Source: Candidatus Thorarchaeota archaeon
Lineage (GTDB): Archaea; Asgardarchaeota; Thorarchaeia; Thorarchaeales; Thorarchaeaceae
NCBI GenBank assembly: GCA_963726195.1
Contig: CAVSBO010000016.1
Span: 160,001-224,000 of the forward strand
Reading direction: 5' to 3'
Length of the DNA stretch: 64,000 bases
Part shown: positions 42,937 through 59,400 of the stretch, one piece after another
Layout of the letters: each line of letters starts with the position of its first letter
Position numbering within the stretch: the first letter of the stretch is position 1
Made by a program: the position numbers and the translations under genes
The notes under the pieces: model-generated
The model's input: the letters and a program-made list of their open reading frames with translations, nothing else
What the model was told of the DNA's origin: nothing
Databases searched by the model: none

Positions 42937-42975
42937 GCAAAAAGAGAGAAAAGAACGCGGGCCGTGCGGCCCGGT
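42937..42975 (-). terminator. Putative terminator after EF-1alpha
   Basis: GC hairpin GGGCCG..GGCCC followed by pyrimidine/T run on the minus strand. Confidence 0.45.
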
Positions 42976-42994
42976 TCAATCGACTGTTGTTCGA

Positions 42995-44431
42995 CTACTT
43001 GACAGTGCTCATGTCTCTTGGGGTGACATCAAGAACGATTCCGACAGCCACCGTGATGCCCATGTCACGCACTGCGAATCTTCCCAGCTGCGGGATGTCT
43101 TTGTACTTCTCGATTGCTAGGGGCTTGAGTGGAACGAGTTTAGCAATCATGCTCTCACCCCTCTTCACGAACTCGGGGTTCTCCTGAATGACCTGGTTTG
43201 TACGCTGGTCGATTTTCTTCGTGATCTCGTCGAATCTGCAGGCTACTTGGGCCGTGTGAGCGTGCACGACGGGAGTGTAACCCACTGTGATTGCCGTCGG
43301 ATGCTGGATGACCATCACCTGGCCTTGGAAGTCCTGTGCGACAGTAGGTGGTTTCTCAGCTGGTCCAGCAACATCTCCTCGGGTCAAATCCTTCCTTTCG
43401 ATGCCTCGGACGTTGAATCCTATGTTATCACCTGGCACTGCCTGTGTGAGCTGCTCGTGGTGCATCTCAATCGTCTTCACCTCACCGGTCTTGTTGGCGG
43501 GCATGAAGCTGATCTTTTGCCCCGGCTTCATAACTCCGGTCTCGACACGACCAACCGGCACAGTGCCAACTCCCTTAATCGAATAGACGTCGTTGATTGG
43601 CACTCTCAACGGCTTGTCTAATGGCTTTGGTGGAAGTGTGACGGCGTCCAGAGCCTCAAGCAAGCATGGCCCAGTGTACCATGGGGTCTTGGCCGGAGTC
43701 TTCGTCTTCAGATTGACAGCCTCAAGTGCGGATGTTGGAATGAATGGGATCTGATCGACCTTGTAGCCAATGCTCTTAAGGAAGTCAGCGAGTTCTTCCT
43801 TAACTTCCTTGTATCGAGCTTCACTGTACTTGACTTCATCCATTTTGTTGATGCAGACAATAAGAGTCGGAACGCCCAGAGTCATCGCAAGGTATGCATG
43901 CTCCTTTGTCTGACCGCCTACACCAACGCCTGCCTCGAACTCACCGGTCTTAGCAGACACGACTAGCATCGCGACATCGGCTTGCGACGCGCCTGTAATC
44001 ATGTTCTTGACGAAGTCCCTGTGGCCCGGTGCGTCAATGACTGTGTAGTAGTACTTTGGTGTCATGAACTTGAAGAACGCGATATCGATTGTGATGCCAC
44101 GCTCTCGCTCTTCTTTCAGACGGTCCAGTGCAAAGGCCCATGCCTGCTCAGGACGACCGAGTCGTTCTGCTTCGGCCCTGTTGGCTGCGACTGTCCTCTC
44201 GTCAAGGGCACCGGCCTCGTAGAGAAGTCGCCCCGTGAGAGTGCTCTTCCCGTGATCTATGTGTCCAATCACAACGAGGTTGAGGTGCTCCTTTCCCTTT
44301 TCTTTACCCGCTGCAGGAGCGGCCGCCGGTGCGGGTGCTGCTCCAGCCTTTGGCTTTTCAGCTGCAGGCTTCGGCTTTTCAGCTGCAGGCTTTGCCTTTT
44401 CTGCTGCGGGCTTTGTTTCTTTCTTACTCAA
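42995..44431 (-). CDS. tuf: Elongation factor 1-alpha with N-terminal K/P/A-rich extension
   Basis: [38 protein letters not shown]. Confidence 0.98.
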   Translation of the reverse strand: MSKKETKPAAEKAKPAAEKPKPAAEKPKAGAAPAPAAAPAAGKEKGKEHLNLVVIGHIDHGKSTLTGRLLYEAGALDERTVAANRAEAERLGRPEQAWAFALDRLKEERERGITIDIAFFKFMTPKYYYTVIDAPGHRDFVKNMITGASQADVAMLVVSAKTGEFEAGVGVGGQTKEHAYLAMTLGVPTLIVCINKMDEVKYSEARYKEVKEELADFLKSIGYKVDQIPFIPTSALEAVNLKTKTPAKTPWYTGPCLLEALDAVTLPPKPLDKPLRVPINDVYSIKGVGTVPVGRVETGVMKPGQKISFMPANKTGEVKTIEMHHEQLTQAVPGDNIGFNVRGIERKDLTRGDVAGPAEKPPTVAQDFQGQVMVIQHPTAITVGYTPVVHAHTAQVACRFDEITKKIDQRTNQVIQENPEFVKRGESMIAKLVPLKPLAIEKYKDIPQLGRFAVRDMGITVAVGIVLDVTPRDMSTVK

Positions 44432-44510
44432 TGTGCTGACCTCAACTCAGACTAGGTTAAACTGAGCGCGAAAGGGCGGGTGTGTCTTTAAACCTTACGG
44501 AATCAATCAC

Positions 44511-45692
44511 TGACATACTCCTATGACCTAAGTCAAGGGGTTCTAGCGTCGGTTGCATTCATGACCGTTGCGCCTCTGGGGGTGCCAGTGCTCCCCTCCT
44601 CTGCATCCCTTTCTGCAAAGGATTGACTCACGCCCGATGATGCCTCTGCAATATTGAATGCCGCATTGGCATCGGCATGGTCAACGTGCCCGCAAACGGG
44701 ACACCTAAACTCCTTCTTGTTCCTGTCACCAATCGAGCCACACATGCTGCAAGTCTTGGACGTATATGCAGGATTGACGTATTCGACCTCTACTCCGAGC
44801 AGCCCGGCCTTGTATTCTATCATCTTTCTCAACTGATAGAACGACCAGCTGTGCAGGGAGTATCTGAACGTTCGAGTCGTTCTTGCGGTACCTCTGATAC
44901 CGCTCAGGTCTTCTAGTCGTATCCCACATCTGTGTTCGACAGCCGTATCCACGATCTTTCGGCTCATCTGGTGGTTGAGTTCTCTGACAATCATCGATTC
45001 CCTGTTCTTTATTCTCTTCAGTTTCCGGTGCTTTCCCATCCGTTGAAGTCTTCTTCTCATCTCCTTGTACTTCTTGTGAATATGATATGCCTTCCTTCCG
45101 AGTTTCAGGACCTTTCCTGTGGCAGGAATTGCGGCCACCATCGCATGGCCCGTTGCATTCAGATCGATACCGATGTATCCGTCCGGAGGGAATGGCTCTG
45201 CTTCCTTTACAGTCACGGAGACATACAGGTGTCTCCTGTCAACCTCTATCTGGTTGATCTTAGCAAAATCGCACCTGAACCCGTACGCGAACTGCACTCT
45301 TAGAGAAGGAATCCTTATTGTTCTCTTCTCGCGATTGCACTGTATGCCTTGGGACGGAATCGTTAGCTTGACAGAACGTACTTTCTTGGTCCGCCTGTTT
45401 CGTCCGTACTTCCTGAGTACCTGGTTCGCTATCACCGAGTTCAGGCCAATGTGTTTCACGATGGGAGTCGTTAATTGAACAGGCGAATTTACTGCAATCT
45501 CTGCAATTGCTTTCGCCTTTCTCAGCTCTTCGGAGAAGTCGTGGTCGTGCCGAAGCTTGTACGTCAGTATCACTGATTCTTCTCCTCCCTGATGTACTTC
45601 TTAATGCATACTATACGAATATACGCTCCTTCTGTACATCGACTGGGTGTATGGATTCATCCCACGGCTCAAGTCGTGGGCGTTCTCTCACT
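44511..45692 (-). mobile_element. Non-autonomous IS200/IS605-family element (TnpB only)
   Basis: Left-end hairpin CCCACGACTTGAGCCGTGGG (~45661-45680); right end ...GGAGTATGTCA; no tnpA. Confidence 0.8.
44533..45573 (-). CDS. tnpB: RNA-guided endonuclease TnpB (canonical RuvC D-E-D)
   Basis: GIDLN, LEDL, YTSKTCSMCG...CPVCG, HADANAA. Confidence 0.95.
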   Translation of the reverse strand: MILTYKLRHDHDFSEELRKAKAIAEIAVNSPVQLTTPIVKHIGLNSVIANQVLRKYGRNRRTKKVRSVKLTIPSQGIQCNREKRTIRIPSLRVQFAYGFRCDFAKINQIEVDRRHLYVSVTVKEAEPFPPDGYIGIDLNATGHAMVAAIPATGKVLKLGRKAYHIHKKYKEMRRRLQRMGKHRKLKRIKNRESMIVRELNHQMSRKIVDTAVEHRCGIRLEDLSGIRGTARTTRTFRYSLHSWSFYQLRKMIEYKAGLLGVEVEYVNPAYTSKTCSMCGSIGDRNKKEFRCPVCGHVDHADANAAFNIAEASSGVSQSFAERDAEEGSTGTPRGATVMNATDARTP

Positions 45693-45696
45693 TCAA

Positions 45697-46203
45697 TCAG
45701 TAGTCGAATTCGTACTCGCCAACTTGGACCTTGGTTGTTAGTCTCTCGCCTTTTCTGGGTCTGCGAATCTCGACCAGATTGAGCACATTGTAGCCCCGCT
45801 TTCGAAGGAACGGGATGATAGCGCTGTTGTTCGGATTAATCCAGTTGTAAACCGTGTCTCCACCCAAGGACTCCGCTAGACGTTCTGCCTCGGAGCACAA
45901 TAGCGAGCCTATCCCTCTCCATCGAGCACGCGGAGGCACGTAGAGTGACTCGGCCCATACTACGTCCTCATCCACCCGACAGACCATATGGCCAAGTACC
46001 TTGTTCTTGTCGTCCTCTGCAACGAAAATCGGGAATCCCTTATCCAGATACTCGTGCAGTTCTTGTCTTGCTGAATCATTGTTGGGAAGAACACCCGACT
46101 GCTTTAGAGCATTCAGTGCTAGTCTGAATTCCGCAATGAGCTGAACGACCTGATGCTCATCGTTTAACTCGTACTTCCTGACTCTCGCTGTCTGTGTCGT
46201 CAA
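45697..46203 (-). CDS. GNAT-family N-acetyltransferase
   Basis: LYV...RWRGIG, N..II.F..KRGY. Confidence 0.85.
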   Translation of the reverse strand: MTTQTARVRKYELNDEHQVVQLIAEFRLALNALKQSGVLPNNDSARQELHEYLDKGFPIFVAEDDKNKVLGHMVCRVDEDVVWAESLYVPPRARWRGIGSLLCSEAERLAESLGGDTVYNWINPNNSAIIPFLRKRGYNVLNLVEIRRPRKGERLTTKVQVGEYEFDY

Positions 46204-46341
46204 CTAACGAAACGCCTCCCTTGAGACAGAACTTGCACTTTCCTGGATTGCAGGTGCAGAGCCCTGAAGAAGCTTGCAGTCCTGATGGGAAATATGCTGA
46301 CAGGAGTTGTCACATACCAGGAGATTGATGACCAGTCTCCT

Positions 46342-47019
46342 CTACCTTGCGGATCGTGCTATTCTCTCGCGCTCTTCCTTCCTTGAAATGGCGAAGCTTC
46401 CAGCATCACCCTTGTACGCGAGCAGAATCTCGTCAACCAAACACTCTTCGAGTGACTTCGCGCTCTTGTGTGATGACCTGACGGCCCCGACGACAAGATG
46501 CCTCAGCGCGAGGTCCACCCTTCTTTGCGGACCAATGTCTACGGAACGTGGATAGGCCATGCCACCATAGGAGATACGTGTGGTCTCTTCAGAAGGAGCC
46601 GCGTTCTCTATCGCAGTCACGAGCACCTGTATCGGATTCATTCCGGTCCTGAAGTCAATCATTTCAAACACACGACGAACGAAACCGATCGCTCTGACCT
46701 TCTTGCCAGCGTTCTTGCCAGTCCGCGTCTTCTTCTCGTGTCGGTCCCCTGCATTGAGAACCTTGTTGACGAACCTTTCAACAATAGGTACGGTAGACTT
46801 GTGGAATCGCTTGCCTGCATGTCTGCCTGATGTGTGCGGTATCAGTATCGGTTTCAGGGTTATGTACCTCTGAAGACCAACGTCCTTGACTTGGACTTCT
46901 GTGGAATCCCATCTGCCAAAGAGCAACAATCTGGGGGGAGCACGAGGGACAGGAACCTCAGCTGGAGCCTCGGGTGCTGGTCCTTGTTCTGTGTTCTCTT
47001 CTTCTGTCACCGGTACCAC
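46342..47019 (-). CDS. rps7: 30S ribosomal protein uS7
   Basis: LFGRW, PHTSGRH, NPIQVL..AIENAAP.EE, ERIARSAR. Confidence 0.97.
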   Translation of the reverse strand: MVPVTEEENTEQGPAPEAPAEVPVPRAPPRLLLFGRWDSTEVQVKDVGLQRYITLKPILIPHTSGRHAGKRFHKSTVPIVERFVNKVLNAGDRHEKKTRTGKNAGKKVRAIGFVRRVFEMIDFRTGMNPIQVLVTAIENAAPSEETTRISYGGMAYPRSVDIGPQRRVDLALRHLVVGAVRSSHKSAKSLEECLVDEILLAYKGDAGSFAISRKEERERIARSAR

Positions 47020-47463
47020 CTAGCGTATTGGCTTCTCCACTCTACCATAGATGAGTGACTCAAGACAGACCCCATTGACCTTGACGACACGCCACCGCAC
47101 TCCAGGCAGGTCTCCGAAGGCCCCACCCATAGCACCACCTATGCCCTCGACAATGACTGCATCGTGCTCGTCAATGAACTTCAGCCCACCGTCACCAGGT
47201 ATGAATGCCGTGATCTGCTTTCCATTCTTGGAAAGCTGAACTCTCACTGCCTTCCTTATACCTGAGTTAGGTTGCTTGCATTCAACGCCGACCTTCTCAA
47301 GGACTATGCCACGAGCCTGAGGAGCACCTTCCAAGGGATCGGTTTTCTCCTTCAGTTTCAGCACCATGGACTTGTACGTGGATTTCTTCCACTGGAACCG
47401 CTTTCGCCTGGCCTTGAGAGGCCTAGCGGCGAACTCACCGAGTGGGGATTTGGAGTGAGTCAA
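47020..47463 (-). CDS. rps12: 30S ribosomal protein uS12
   Basis: [16 protein letters not shown]. Confidence 0.98.
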   Translation of the reverse strand: MTHSKSPLGEFAARPLKARRKRFQWKKSTYKSMVLKLKEKTDPLEGAPQARGIVLEKVGVECKQPNSGIRKAVRVQLSKNGKQITAFIPGDGGLKFIDEHDAVIVEGIGGAMGGAFGDLPGVRWRVVKVNGVCLESLIYGRVEKPIR

Positions 47464-47602
47464 GTTCTCTACCTCTTACCATCAGGAAGATGACACAGAT
47501 GGTCCATCCTGAGGGAATTCAGGCCATCGGCCGAGTGTTTCCTTAAAAGCGTATCTCAAGGACAGCAGTGAATGCACATCCAAGTCTCGATACGTGAAAG
47601 GC

Positions 47603-48052
47603 TCAGGCTATCACAACGTTGTCTACGTCGAAGTGTCGTCTGACTAGTATCCTTGCGCGAGCCACATTCTTGCCGTCTCGACCTATGGCTATTCCTCTAT
47701 CCTCTGCCTTGACGGTCACACTCGCGACGAGGCTTCCATCCCTGTGCTCTACTATCTTCACATGTTCAACCCGAGCGGGAGCAAGAGCGCTCTTCACAAA
47801 ATCCTCCGCGGAGTCTGCCATCTCAACAACATCAATAGGCCGGCCAAAAGCATCCGCCGCCGTCTTGACCCTGATTCCGTCGCGACCAATTGCTTTGCCG
47901 AGCTGTTTCGCGCGCACTACGAAAATCAGGCGTTCACTCTCATCATCGCGGACAACGTCTACGGCAGAAACGCCAGTGATGCTCTCAAATGTGGCTATGA
48001 GACCCATGTCATCCATTGAGAGTTTGAACCGGGGCAAGAAATCTCTCCTCAT
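47603..48052 (-). CDS. nusA: Transcription factor NusA (archaeal, two KH domains)
   Basis: AIGRDG twice; operon position. Confidence 0.93.
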   Translation of the reverse strand: MRRDFLPRFKLSMDDMGLIATFESITGVSAVDVVRDDESERLIFVVRAKQLGKAIGRDGIRVKTAADAFGRPIDVVEMADSAEDFVKSALAPARVEHVKIVEHRDGSLVASVTVKAEDRGIAIGRDGKNVARARILVRRHFDVDNVVIA

Positions 48053-48342
48053 ACCAGTTTCAGGATGTTGGAGTCGCCGGGTTTAATCACAGCGATGGCT
48101 GAGACCATGAAAGGCTTTCCAGCAACCTCACCGAGATCCCAAGATGATCCTTCGAACTTGTGTATCTTGGTTCCGGTTAACTTAGCAAAATGCACGATAT
48201 CTTCGTAATCTTCCTTTGGGCAGTTGGCAGCTACCACGACGAGTTTTGCAATACCTGTCCGGATAGCGTTCATGGATGACTTTGCACCTATTCTGCAGTC
48301 ACCCGTGCTAACTGCACTTGCGATTGGCTGATTCAGGCTCAA
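48049..48342 (-). CDS. rpl30e: Ribosomal protein eL30
   Basis: TG...G, AANCP, LG..AGKPF. Confidence 0.95.
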   Translation of the reverse strand: MSLNQPIASAVSTGDCRIGAKSSMNAIRTGIAKLVVVAANCPKEDYEDIVHFAKLTGTKIHKFEGSSWDLGEVAGKPFMVSAIAVIKPGDSNILKLV

Positions 48343-48448
48343 TCTTGACGACCTCGTTGAATGTCATGTTGTTTGTGTTTGAGTCTTCCCAGACTATTTG
48401 TGCCATGCGCCCATCAGTTTTAATGCTTATCCCATAGGTTATGCCGGA

Positions 48449-52308
<3,860 letters not shown>

Positions 52309-52309
52309 T

Positions 52310-55300
52310 TCATATCATCTCCTTCAGTCGAAGTCTGCAGGCCAGGCCCAGAGACATCATTTCTTGTAGGAGGAGCTTGAACGCGTATGACACGACAACG
52401 GTGCTGATTTTCGCATTAGCGCCGCAAATCGGACAGTAGTAGATATCCTTGTTACGGTCATAAACACCAATCAGTCCACAGTTCTCGCAAACAAGCATGT
52501 TGCTCTTGTCGGATTCATCAAGCAGTCTGCCCTTGAGTAACATTGCTGCCCCGTGACCAATGAGCACATCCCGCTCCATTTCACCGAATCTCAGGCCACC
52601 CTCACGCGCTCTGCCCTCCGTTGGCTGTCGGGTAAGAATCTGCACAGGGCCGCGTGCACGCGCGTGTATCTTGTCAGCCACCATGTGATGCAGCTTCTGA
52701 TACATGATGCAGCCTATGAAAATGTCAGTCTTGAGCTTCTCACCCGTGATGCCTGAATACATGATCTCACGGCCGTTGTGTTTGAGACCGTGACTCTTGA
52801 GAATCTCAAACAGTTCCTCTTCCGTGACTCCACAGAAGGGAGTGGCATCCTGTTGCCGACCAACCATCGACGCGGCCTTCCCGGCAATCATCTCAAGAAT
52901 CTGACCGATTGTCATCCTACTGGGTATGGCATGCGGATTGATTACCAGGTCCGGAACAACTCCGTCCTCGGTGAAAGGTAGGTCCTGTTGGGGAGCAACG
53001 TAGCCAATGACACCTTTCTGCCCGTGACGCGATGCGTACTTGTCACCAAGTTCTGGAATCCTGAGGTCTCTGACCTTGACTTTCACTAGGCGGTTGCCAT
53101 CGATTGTTTCTGTCAATATCACACTGTCTACTACGCCCGACTCACCGTGACGGACTGCCACGGAAGTCTCACGCCTATTGGGTGACTGAATTTCGAACTC
53201 CGAGTACTCCTCAAGGAATCGCGGAGGAGAAGTGCGTCCGATGAGTACGTCTCCGCCCTGTACCTCGACCTCGGTCTCTATTATGCCATCCTCACCCAGA
53301 TTGCGGTAGGACTCGGATGCTCTGTAACCACGGACGCTTCTGTCAGGAACCTCGAACTTGTCTTCTTGCCCACCAGGGTACTTGCGTTCCTCGCTCTCAT
53401 ATACTCGCATGAAAGTGCTTCGACCCAGTCCTCTCTCGATTGACGCCTTGTTCATAATCAACGCGTCTTCTATGTTGTAACCCTCAAAAGATAGAATCGC
53501 AACGACGAAGTTCTGCCCTGCAGGACGGTCCTCATATCCTATGGAATCCATTGCGCGCGTCTTAACTAGGGGCTTCTGTGGGTAATGGAAGAAATGTCCG
53601 CGCGTGTCAGCTCTGAACTTGAAATTCGAAGAGGGCACACCCACGGATTGCTTTGCCATTCCGGCCATGTAGACATTACGTGGCGATTGGTTCCGCTCCG
53701 GAAAAGGAATGAGCGCGGCAGAGATGCCGAGTATCGTTGATGGGGCAATCTCAAGATGTGTGGTGTGGGTGCCGATCTCGCCAGCATACATGGCTATGAG
53801 GGTATTCTCTTCTTCTTCGGCGTCGAGGAACTCCACGAGACCGTTCCTCAGAAGGTCGACAAAGGTCCATTCACCATCTTTGATCATGCGAAGATGCTCG
53901 TCGGTCAATCGGCTCCGACCGTTTTCCGCCACGATTAGCGGACGCCTGACTCTTCCTGCGTCACTGTTCGCCTGAACTTCGCGAGTATCCTCATAATAAG
54001 CGATATTCACTTCGTGGTCAATCTCACCTGCACGACGCTTCTGACGTATGGTCTTCACTAACACTTGAGGCGCGGCGTGAATACCGACCAGCCGTCCATT
54101 TAGAAAGACGTCTGCGCCCTTTGTTCCACGCTTTCCCTTCAGGCGCTCAATTGGCTCGACTTCGGCCTTCAGCAAAGCCCGTTCAACAGACTCCTCGTCC
54201 GTTCCCACGGAGATGTATGCCATCATGGCGATGTTCTTGACCAGACCACAGTTCGGTCCCTCGGGAGTCTCGTTTGGACATATCTTGCCCCAGTGTGTAC
54301 AGTGAAGGTCTCGTGCTTCAAAGTGCGGCTGCGATCGTGAAAGAGGTGAAACAACTCTCCTGAGATGGGACAAGGAGGAAATGTAGTTGGTACGGTCGAG
54401 CAACTGCGATACTCCAGCCTTTCCGCCGACCCAGTTTCCAGTTGCAAGGGCATGCTTGAGTCTCTGAGTTATGACATCAGCCCTGACAGCAGTGCGAATG
54501 TTGGGCTTTCGGCCACGCACCGCGGTTCGCTCGAGCTGATACTTGATATCGCGCGTGAGAGAGTAGAGTGCCACTCTGAAGAGTGACATGAGAAGGTCTC
54601 CAGATAGCTTAAGTCTCTTGTTTGCGTAATGGTCCTTGTCATCTGCCTGGCGCTTGTACAGCACGAGCTCCAACAAACGCTCAACCATCTGCCCGAGATA
54701 GTATGCTTTCTGGAGTCTATGCTTTTCTTCAGTCCCGATATGGGGCAGTAGATATCTGTCCAATACCTTCTCGGCTCTAGCCAGACGATACTCTTTGGTC
54801 TGTCCAACCGCCACTCGTTTACCAATGAAGTCCAGTGCGTTAATCCGTGTAGATGTTTCACCTTCGTTCTGTGTAGCGTTTATCGGGGCGGACTGCTCTA
54901 TCGTGACTATGAGTTCGTTGCGGATTTCCTCGTCGTCAGAGACCACATCAGTCTATTTCCCTGTCCGACTCCAAGCCTAGCGCTTTCAGAAGTATTGCGA
55001 GGGGAATCTTGCCTGGTACCGAAGGAAACGAAACGCGTAGCTCGCCCGTACGCTTTCTCTCGATTGTGACTGGAGCTCTGAACCCACGGGAGGTTGAGAA
55101 TACCTTTGCTATGTGGGTATAGCTCGAGCTCTTGCTGGCTTCCTCGATGAGAATTCGGTTGGGGGCCAAGTCTTCCTGCGTAACTAGGACACGCTCAGAG
55201 CCATTGATAATGAAGTATCCACCAGGGTCCTTGGGATCTTCGCCGTGGAGAATGAGCCATCCATCATAACTCGTGTCAACTGTTTTGCCTGCTTCACGTT

Positions 55301-55755
55301 GTCTCTTTAGCCAGTCGTCATAGTTTGACCGGTGTAGCAGACAACTCTCGCTGCGCAACATGATAGGCAAATCGCCTATGTAAATCCTGAGAGTTTCCAT
55401 CCGTGTCGTGACGGACCCTTCTTTCCGAACAGGTGTGCATTCCAGGTACATCTTGCTGGCATAAGTCAGGTTTCTGATTCTTGCCTCGTTCGGATAGAGC
55501 GGGTGCTCACTGCCGTCAGCCTCTCTGACTGTTGGCCGCTCCACAGTAATAGCACCGAGGTCAACGAAATAGTCCTCGACCTTGGGACTCAGCCTGCCGA
55601 CGCTCTCAACAATCTCCTGTCAGCTCTTCACGTACGAATCTGTTGAATGAATCGAGATGCTGACCCACGAGCCCAAACTCAGAAAAGAAGGCCTCTATCA
55701 CTGGCCAGTACTTGTCTTTTTCTTCCGCGGCCAACTTATTACCACACCTTGACAT
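52310..55755 (-). CDS. rpoB: RNA polymerase subunit Rpo2 (B), single gene with apparent frameshifts at ~55620 and ~54950
   Basis: QHLDSFN, GGYFIINGSERV, ETPEG, GDKYASRHGQKG, GLRFGEMERD. Confidence 0.97.
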
Positions 55756-55893
55756 AGGATTCGGGGCAACCACTGTCAGCGTATGCGCTTCCCAATGCAT
55801 GAACTCAGAAAAACCGAGTTTGCCGTTGCGGTAGTCGCCCCGTGTTTTTTCTTGACTCAGCAGTTGTCAGCTGCCCACTTCTCATCATGCCCG

Positions 55894-55999
55894 TGGCGGG
55901 CTAGGCGGGATTTTCAAGCGCCACGGAATGTCTGCGCCGTTCGAACCCGCGAGCTTCAGGTTAAAAGCCTGCCGCGCTACCTGGCTGCGCTACTAGCCC
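55894..55999 (-). tRNA. tRNA-Lys(TTT) with 29-nt intron (55911-55939) at 59/60
   Basis: GGGCTAG/CTAGCCC+GCCA; GCGC D-stem; CT-TTT-AA loop; BHB TTCG|AAC|GGCGC...GCGCT|TGAA|AAT. Confidence 0.92.
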
Positions 56000-56435
56000 A
56001 TGTTGGTGTCTGTGCGCCAGATGGAACATGCTCTGCATGAAGTCTTCATGCCGGACATGATGCGCACCGAGCAACACACACGGTCATGCATTAGTGGGAA
56101 GCTGCTCTGCCTGAGCCTTCGAATCGGACTTCTGAGGCCATAAAAGCGTTTTGATAAAACACAGAATTGCCCTGCAGTGTTGTGATGATTGCCTCATCGA
56201 GCACTATGTTTCAGTAGATCTTGAACGTATCTGTATGCCTCTCTTTGAAGTCGGTCCTGTTGGGGCCTTACCTTCGCACCGCATGACCGATTAGTTGGGA
56301 CATCTCCGAAGAGATATTCATTGGCGCCGATGTGTCACTCGGAGATTTCGATGCCCTCTTTTCTGAGTGCTTCGACTGCAAACTCAATGGTTTTGCTTAC
56401 GGTATCATCACTAACATTCAGAACACTGAGAACGT

Positions 56436-59400
56436 TCAACGACCTCCCCCGCGACAGACTCGTAGTCTAAGACGTGTGCCTTCAGCTGTTTCTTTCAGTA
56501 ATTCAATCACGACAACGCCCGTGGACGGCTCCGTGTCGCCCGTTTCGCCGAAACCTGCTGTCACAGTCAACACATACCCTTTGCTCCTTGTCCCAAACTC
56601 CACGCCGAACAGTTTCAGCTCAGGCCCACTTGGTCTCTCAACCTTTGTGGTCTTCGTCAGCGGAGATTCTTCGGATGCTTCTTCGTAGCTCTCTTCGATT
56701 TCCTCAGTGATTGCATTACTGAGTCGCTCATACTCCTCAATGCCAGGCGGCAACGGGACATCCCTAAGATCCCTGACATCGATATTGAGCTGATGACGGG
56801 TCTTCATACTAATATCCACCAGCTGTTCACACTCTGCTAGGAGCGCAACATCGTATATCCCCAGAGGACTGCGTTCAATGCAATGAAGTGCTGACTTCTT
56901 GACCAGTCCGTCCAAGACTACTGTCAAGTGCTTTTTTACACCCAGTTTCTTCAATCGTTCATTGACTTTGACCACAAGTGTGACGTCGTCGGCCTCCTTA
57001 GTCTCCAGCAGCTCTCGACAGGTGGCGGGCAAGACATAGCAGCCAAGAAGAAAGAATCGCCTATGTACCAAGGGTTTGAGACAGGTTGTGCCAACCCATT
57101 CATTCTTGCCCCTCGGTCTCTTGATTACGATGTCACCGTATTCTACGTCTTTGATGGGGTCCCACCTGAGAAGCGTGCCATCATCGGTTACAGGATACTT
57201 CCCTGACATACTGGGCTCTTTCAGCCATCCGACCACTTCATCGGTGTCTGGAGTTGTTCGAACGACGAACGGCTCGACATCCGATTCTGTCGCGTCTCGA
57301 TATTCCACTCTATACACTTGTTGTTTGACATCAATAGAGAACAACACACTTGACATCTTTTGCGGTTCCCTCCCACGCCTTGACTTCTTTCAATAGTCTT
57401 TTGACTGACTCACTGAGACCCGAGGGTTCGGGACCCGGTCTCAGATGCTGAATGGCACTATAGGCTTCAGGGCTCGGCTCAGAGAGCTTGAACCAGCGAA
57501 TTGGGAATGTTCTTGCCTCCGGCGGGGCACCATACTCAAGCATACCCATGCACGACCAACCTTCTCCCTCTTCCTCTTGAGTCTTCATCCATAGGAACTC
57601 CTGTTCCTCAAGAGAAGCAACAATGATTGGCATTCTGTTCCAGCTCTTCTGTGCAGTCTCGGCCGCTTGGCTCAAACGTTCAGGGTCTATCATACATCTG
57701 TACCAACTCAGCCGAAGGTCTAATGACTCCTGTCCCATGACCAGAGCCCCGAGCAATCTCCCTGTCGTCCTTTCAGGAAAAACGAGCCATATGTTGTAGC
57801 CGTCCTCCTGCTCTTCCCATAGCGCCTGCCCATAACGCTGAATCATTTGAACCGGCTTGTGTCTTGGAAGATTCTTCATACCGTTTGCCCTCCGGAGAAG
57901 GTTTGAGTAGATTGCTTGGTAATCATATCTTGAAACGAATTTCTGCCCGGGAGTCTTCTGTGGCTTGAAACCCATCTGGTAAAGCTGCCACTCTGCTACG
58001 GCCGACCAGAGCTGTGCCATCAACTGTGAGGCCGTGCCTTCGGTGGCTTTCTCCGCGGCTGCAAATACTGCGAGGAACAGGTTGTTGCCGTACAGGGAGA
58101 GAATGTCCTGATTGGCATTCACAACTTTCCATAGCGTTTCTCGGCTTTCCGAGTCAAGCACGTCAGCCAGATTCTGCCTTCTCTGGTTGAGCATCCGCCA
58201 TGCAAATTCTCGCTCGGTGTTGCTAAGAATGAGTCTCTTGATATCTCGTAAGTCCTCAAGAAGAGTGTTTTCTCCGGCGGGTACTGAGAGTGCCTTCCGG
58301 CAACTCCTGACAATGTCATTGCAGCAAATCTGCAGGTCACTCTTTGGCGAAACGACCCTCCTGAGGAAGTCAGCTGCGGATAACAGCCTTCTCAGTTCGC
58401 TTCTTCGGGTCTGGAGGGAATCAACTGCCGATTGGTCTGTCGGACCAGTCAACGGGGGCCTGCGACTGAAGCTGCGCCAGTCTTTGGATTTCTCGCAGGG
58501 TGGTGGAACGCTCCCGTACTCCCACCCCCTTGTTGCTTTACTCAGTTCGAAGTATGCTTTTTCAGATCGGCTTGGCTGAGGAGGGGGAAGCTCGGGTCGC
58601 AGGTGAAGCCTATCGCTCATGGGCCAACCGACCCTCGGTGACATCTTGGCGCCTATGACTCGCCACGCCGGTCTCTCAGAGCCCATTGGCTCAGCCACAG
58701 CCGCCCCAGCCCTTGGCCGGCCCAGACTGGGAATGAGAGTCATTGCACCACCCAGCATATCGGCAGCCTGTTCTTTAGTGACAGAAAGCGGGCCAAGACC
58801 CGAATCGGACGACAAGCCGAGACGATTGTACATCGGTATCGAAACCATGGTGGCTTCTAGCATCTCCAGTTTTCCAACTGTCTTCTTGCCCTTGGACAGT
58901 CCTCGAAATCTGCGTGCCCAATCGCTGAGATGAGGAACTAGGATTGTTTCTGAAAAGGGCGCTGCACTCGTGGGAGTGTCGTGTATAATCGAGCCGCATA
59001 TCAGTCCTACGCGGAGACTCTCCACCCGTAACCCGGGGAGCCATCGGCAGGTTCCATATTATCTCATCAATCTGCGAGCTTCTTGGGGAATCATAAGGTA
59101 GCGGCCTGACACAGCGACACTGGTACAGTGAACTCATTCCTGTGCGAGGTGTGCTTTCGTCAGTCCATATGATGCTTGTATTGCTCTTGGGGAGAACGCC
59201 GAGGAGCGTGTCCTCCATCATTGCAGTCAGGTGTTGGCGATGTCTTGGGACAAGCTGAGCCATCTCTGCCCAGCCACCTATGACGAACACGGTCTCGCCT
59301 GTACTGGCGTTCTTCACTTCTGACTTCACTGCATCAAACTCTGGCACTTTGCCACTGAGGATACACCCTGCGACTTCCGAATCGAGCCTCACAAATACAA

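Noticed and set aside
54946-54948. Natural RpoB''/B' split
   Set aside because: The break falls at about residue 270, earlier than the known split, and reads as a single-base indel
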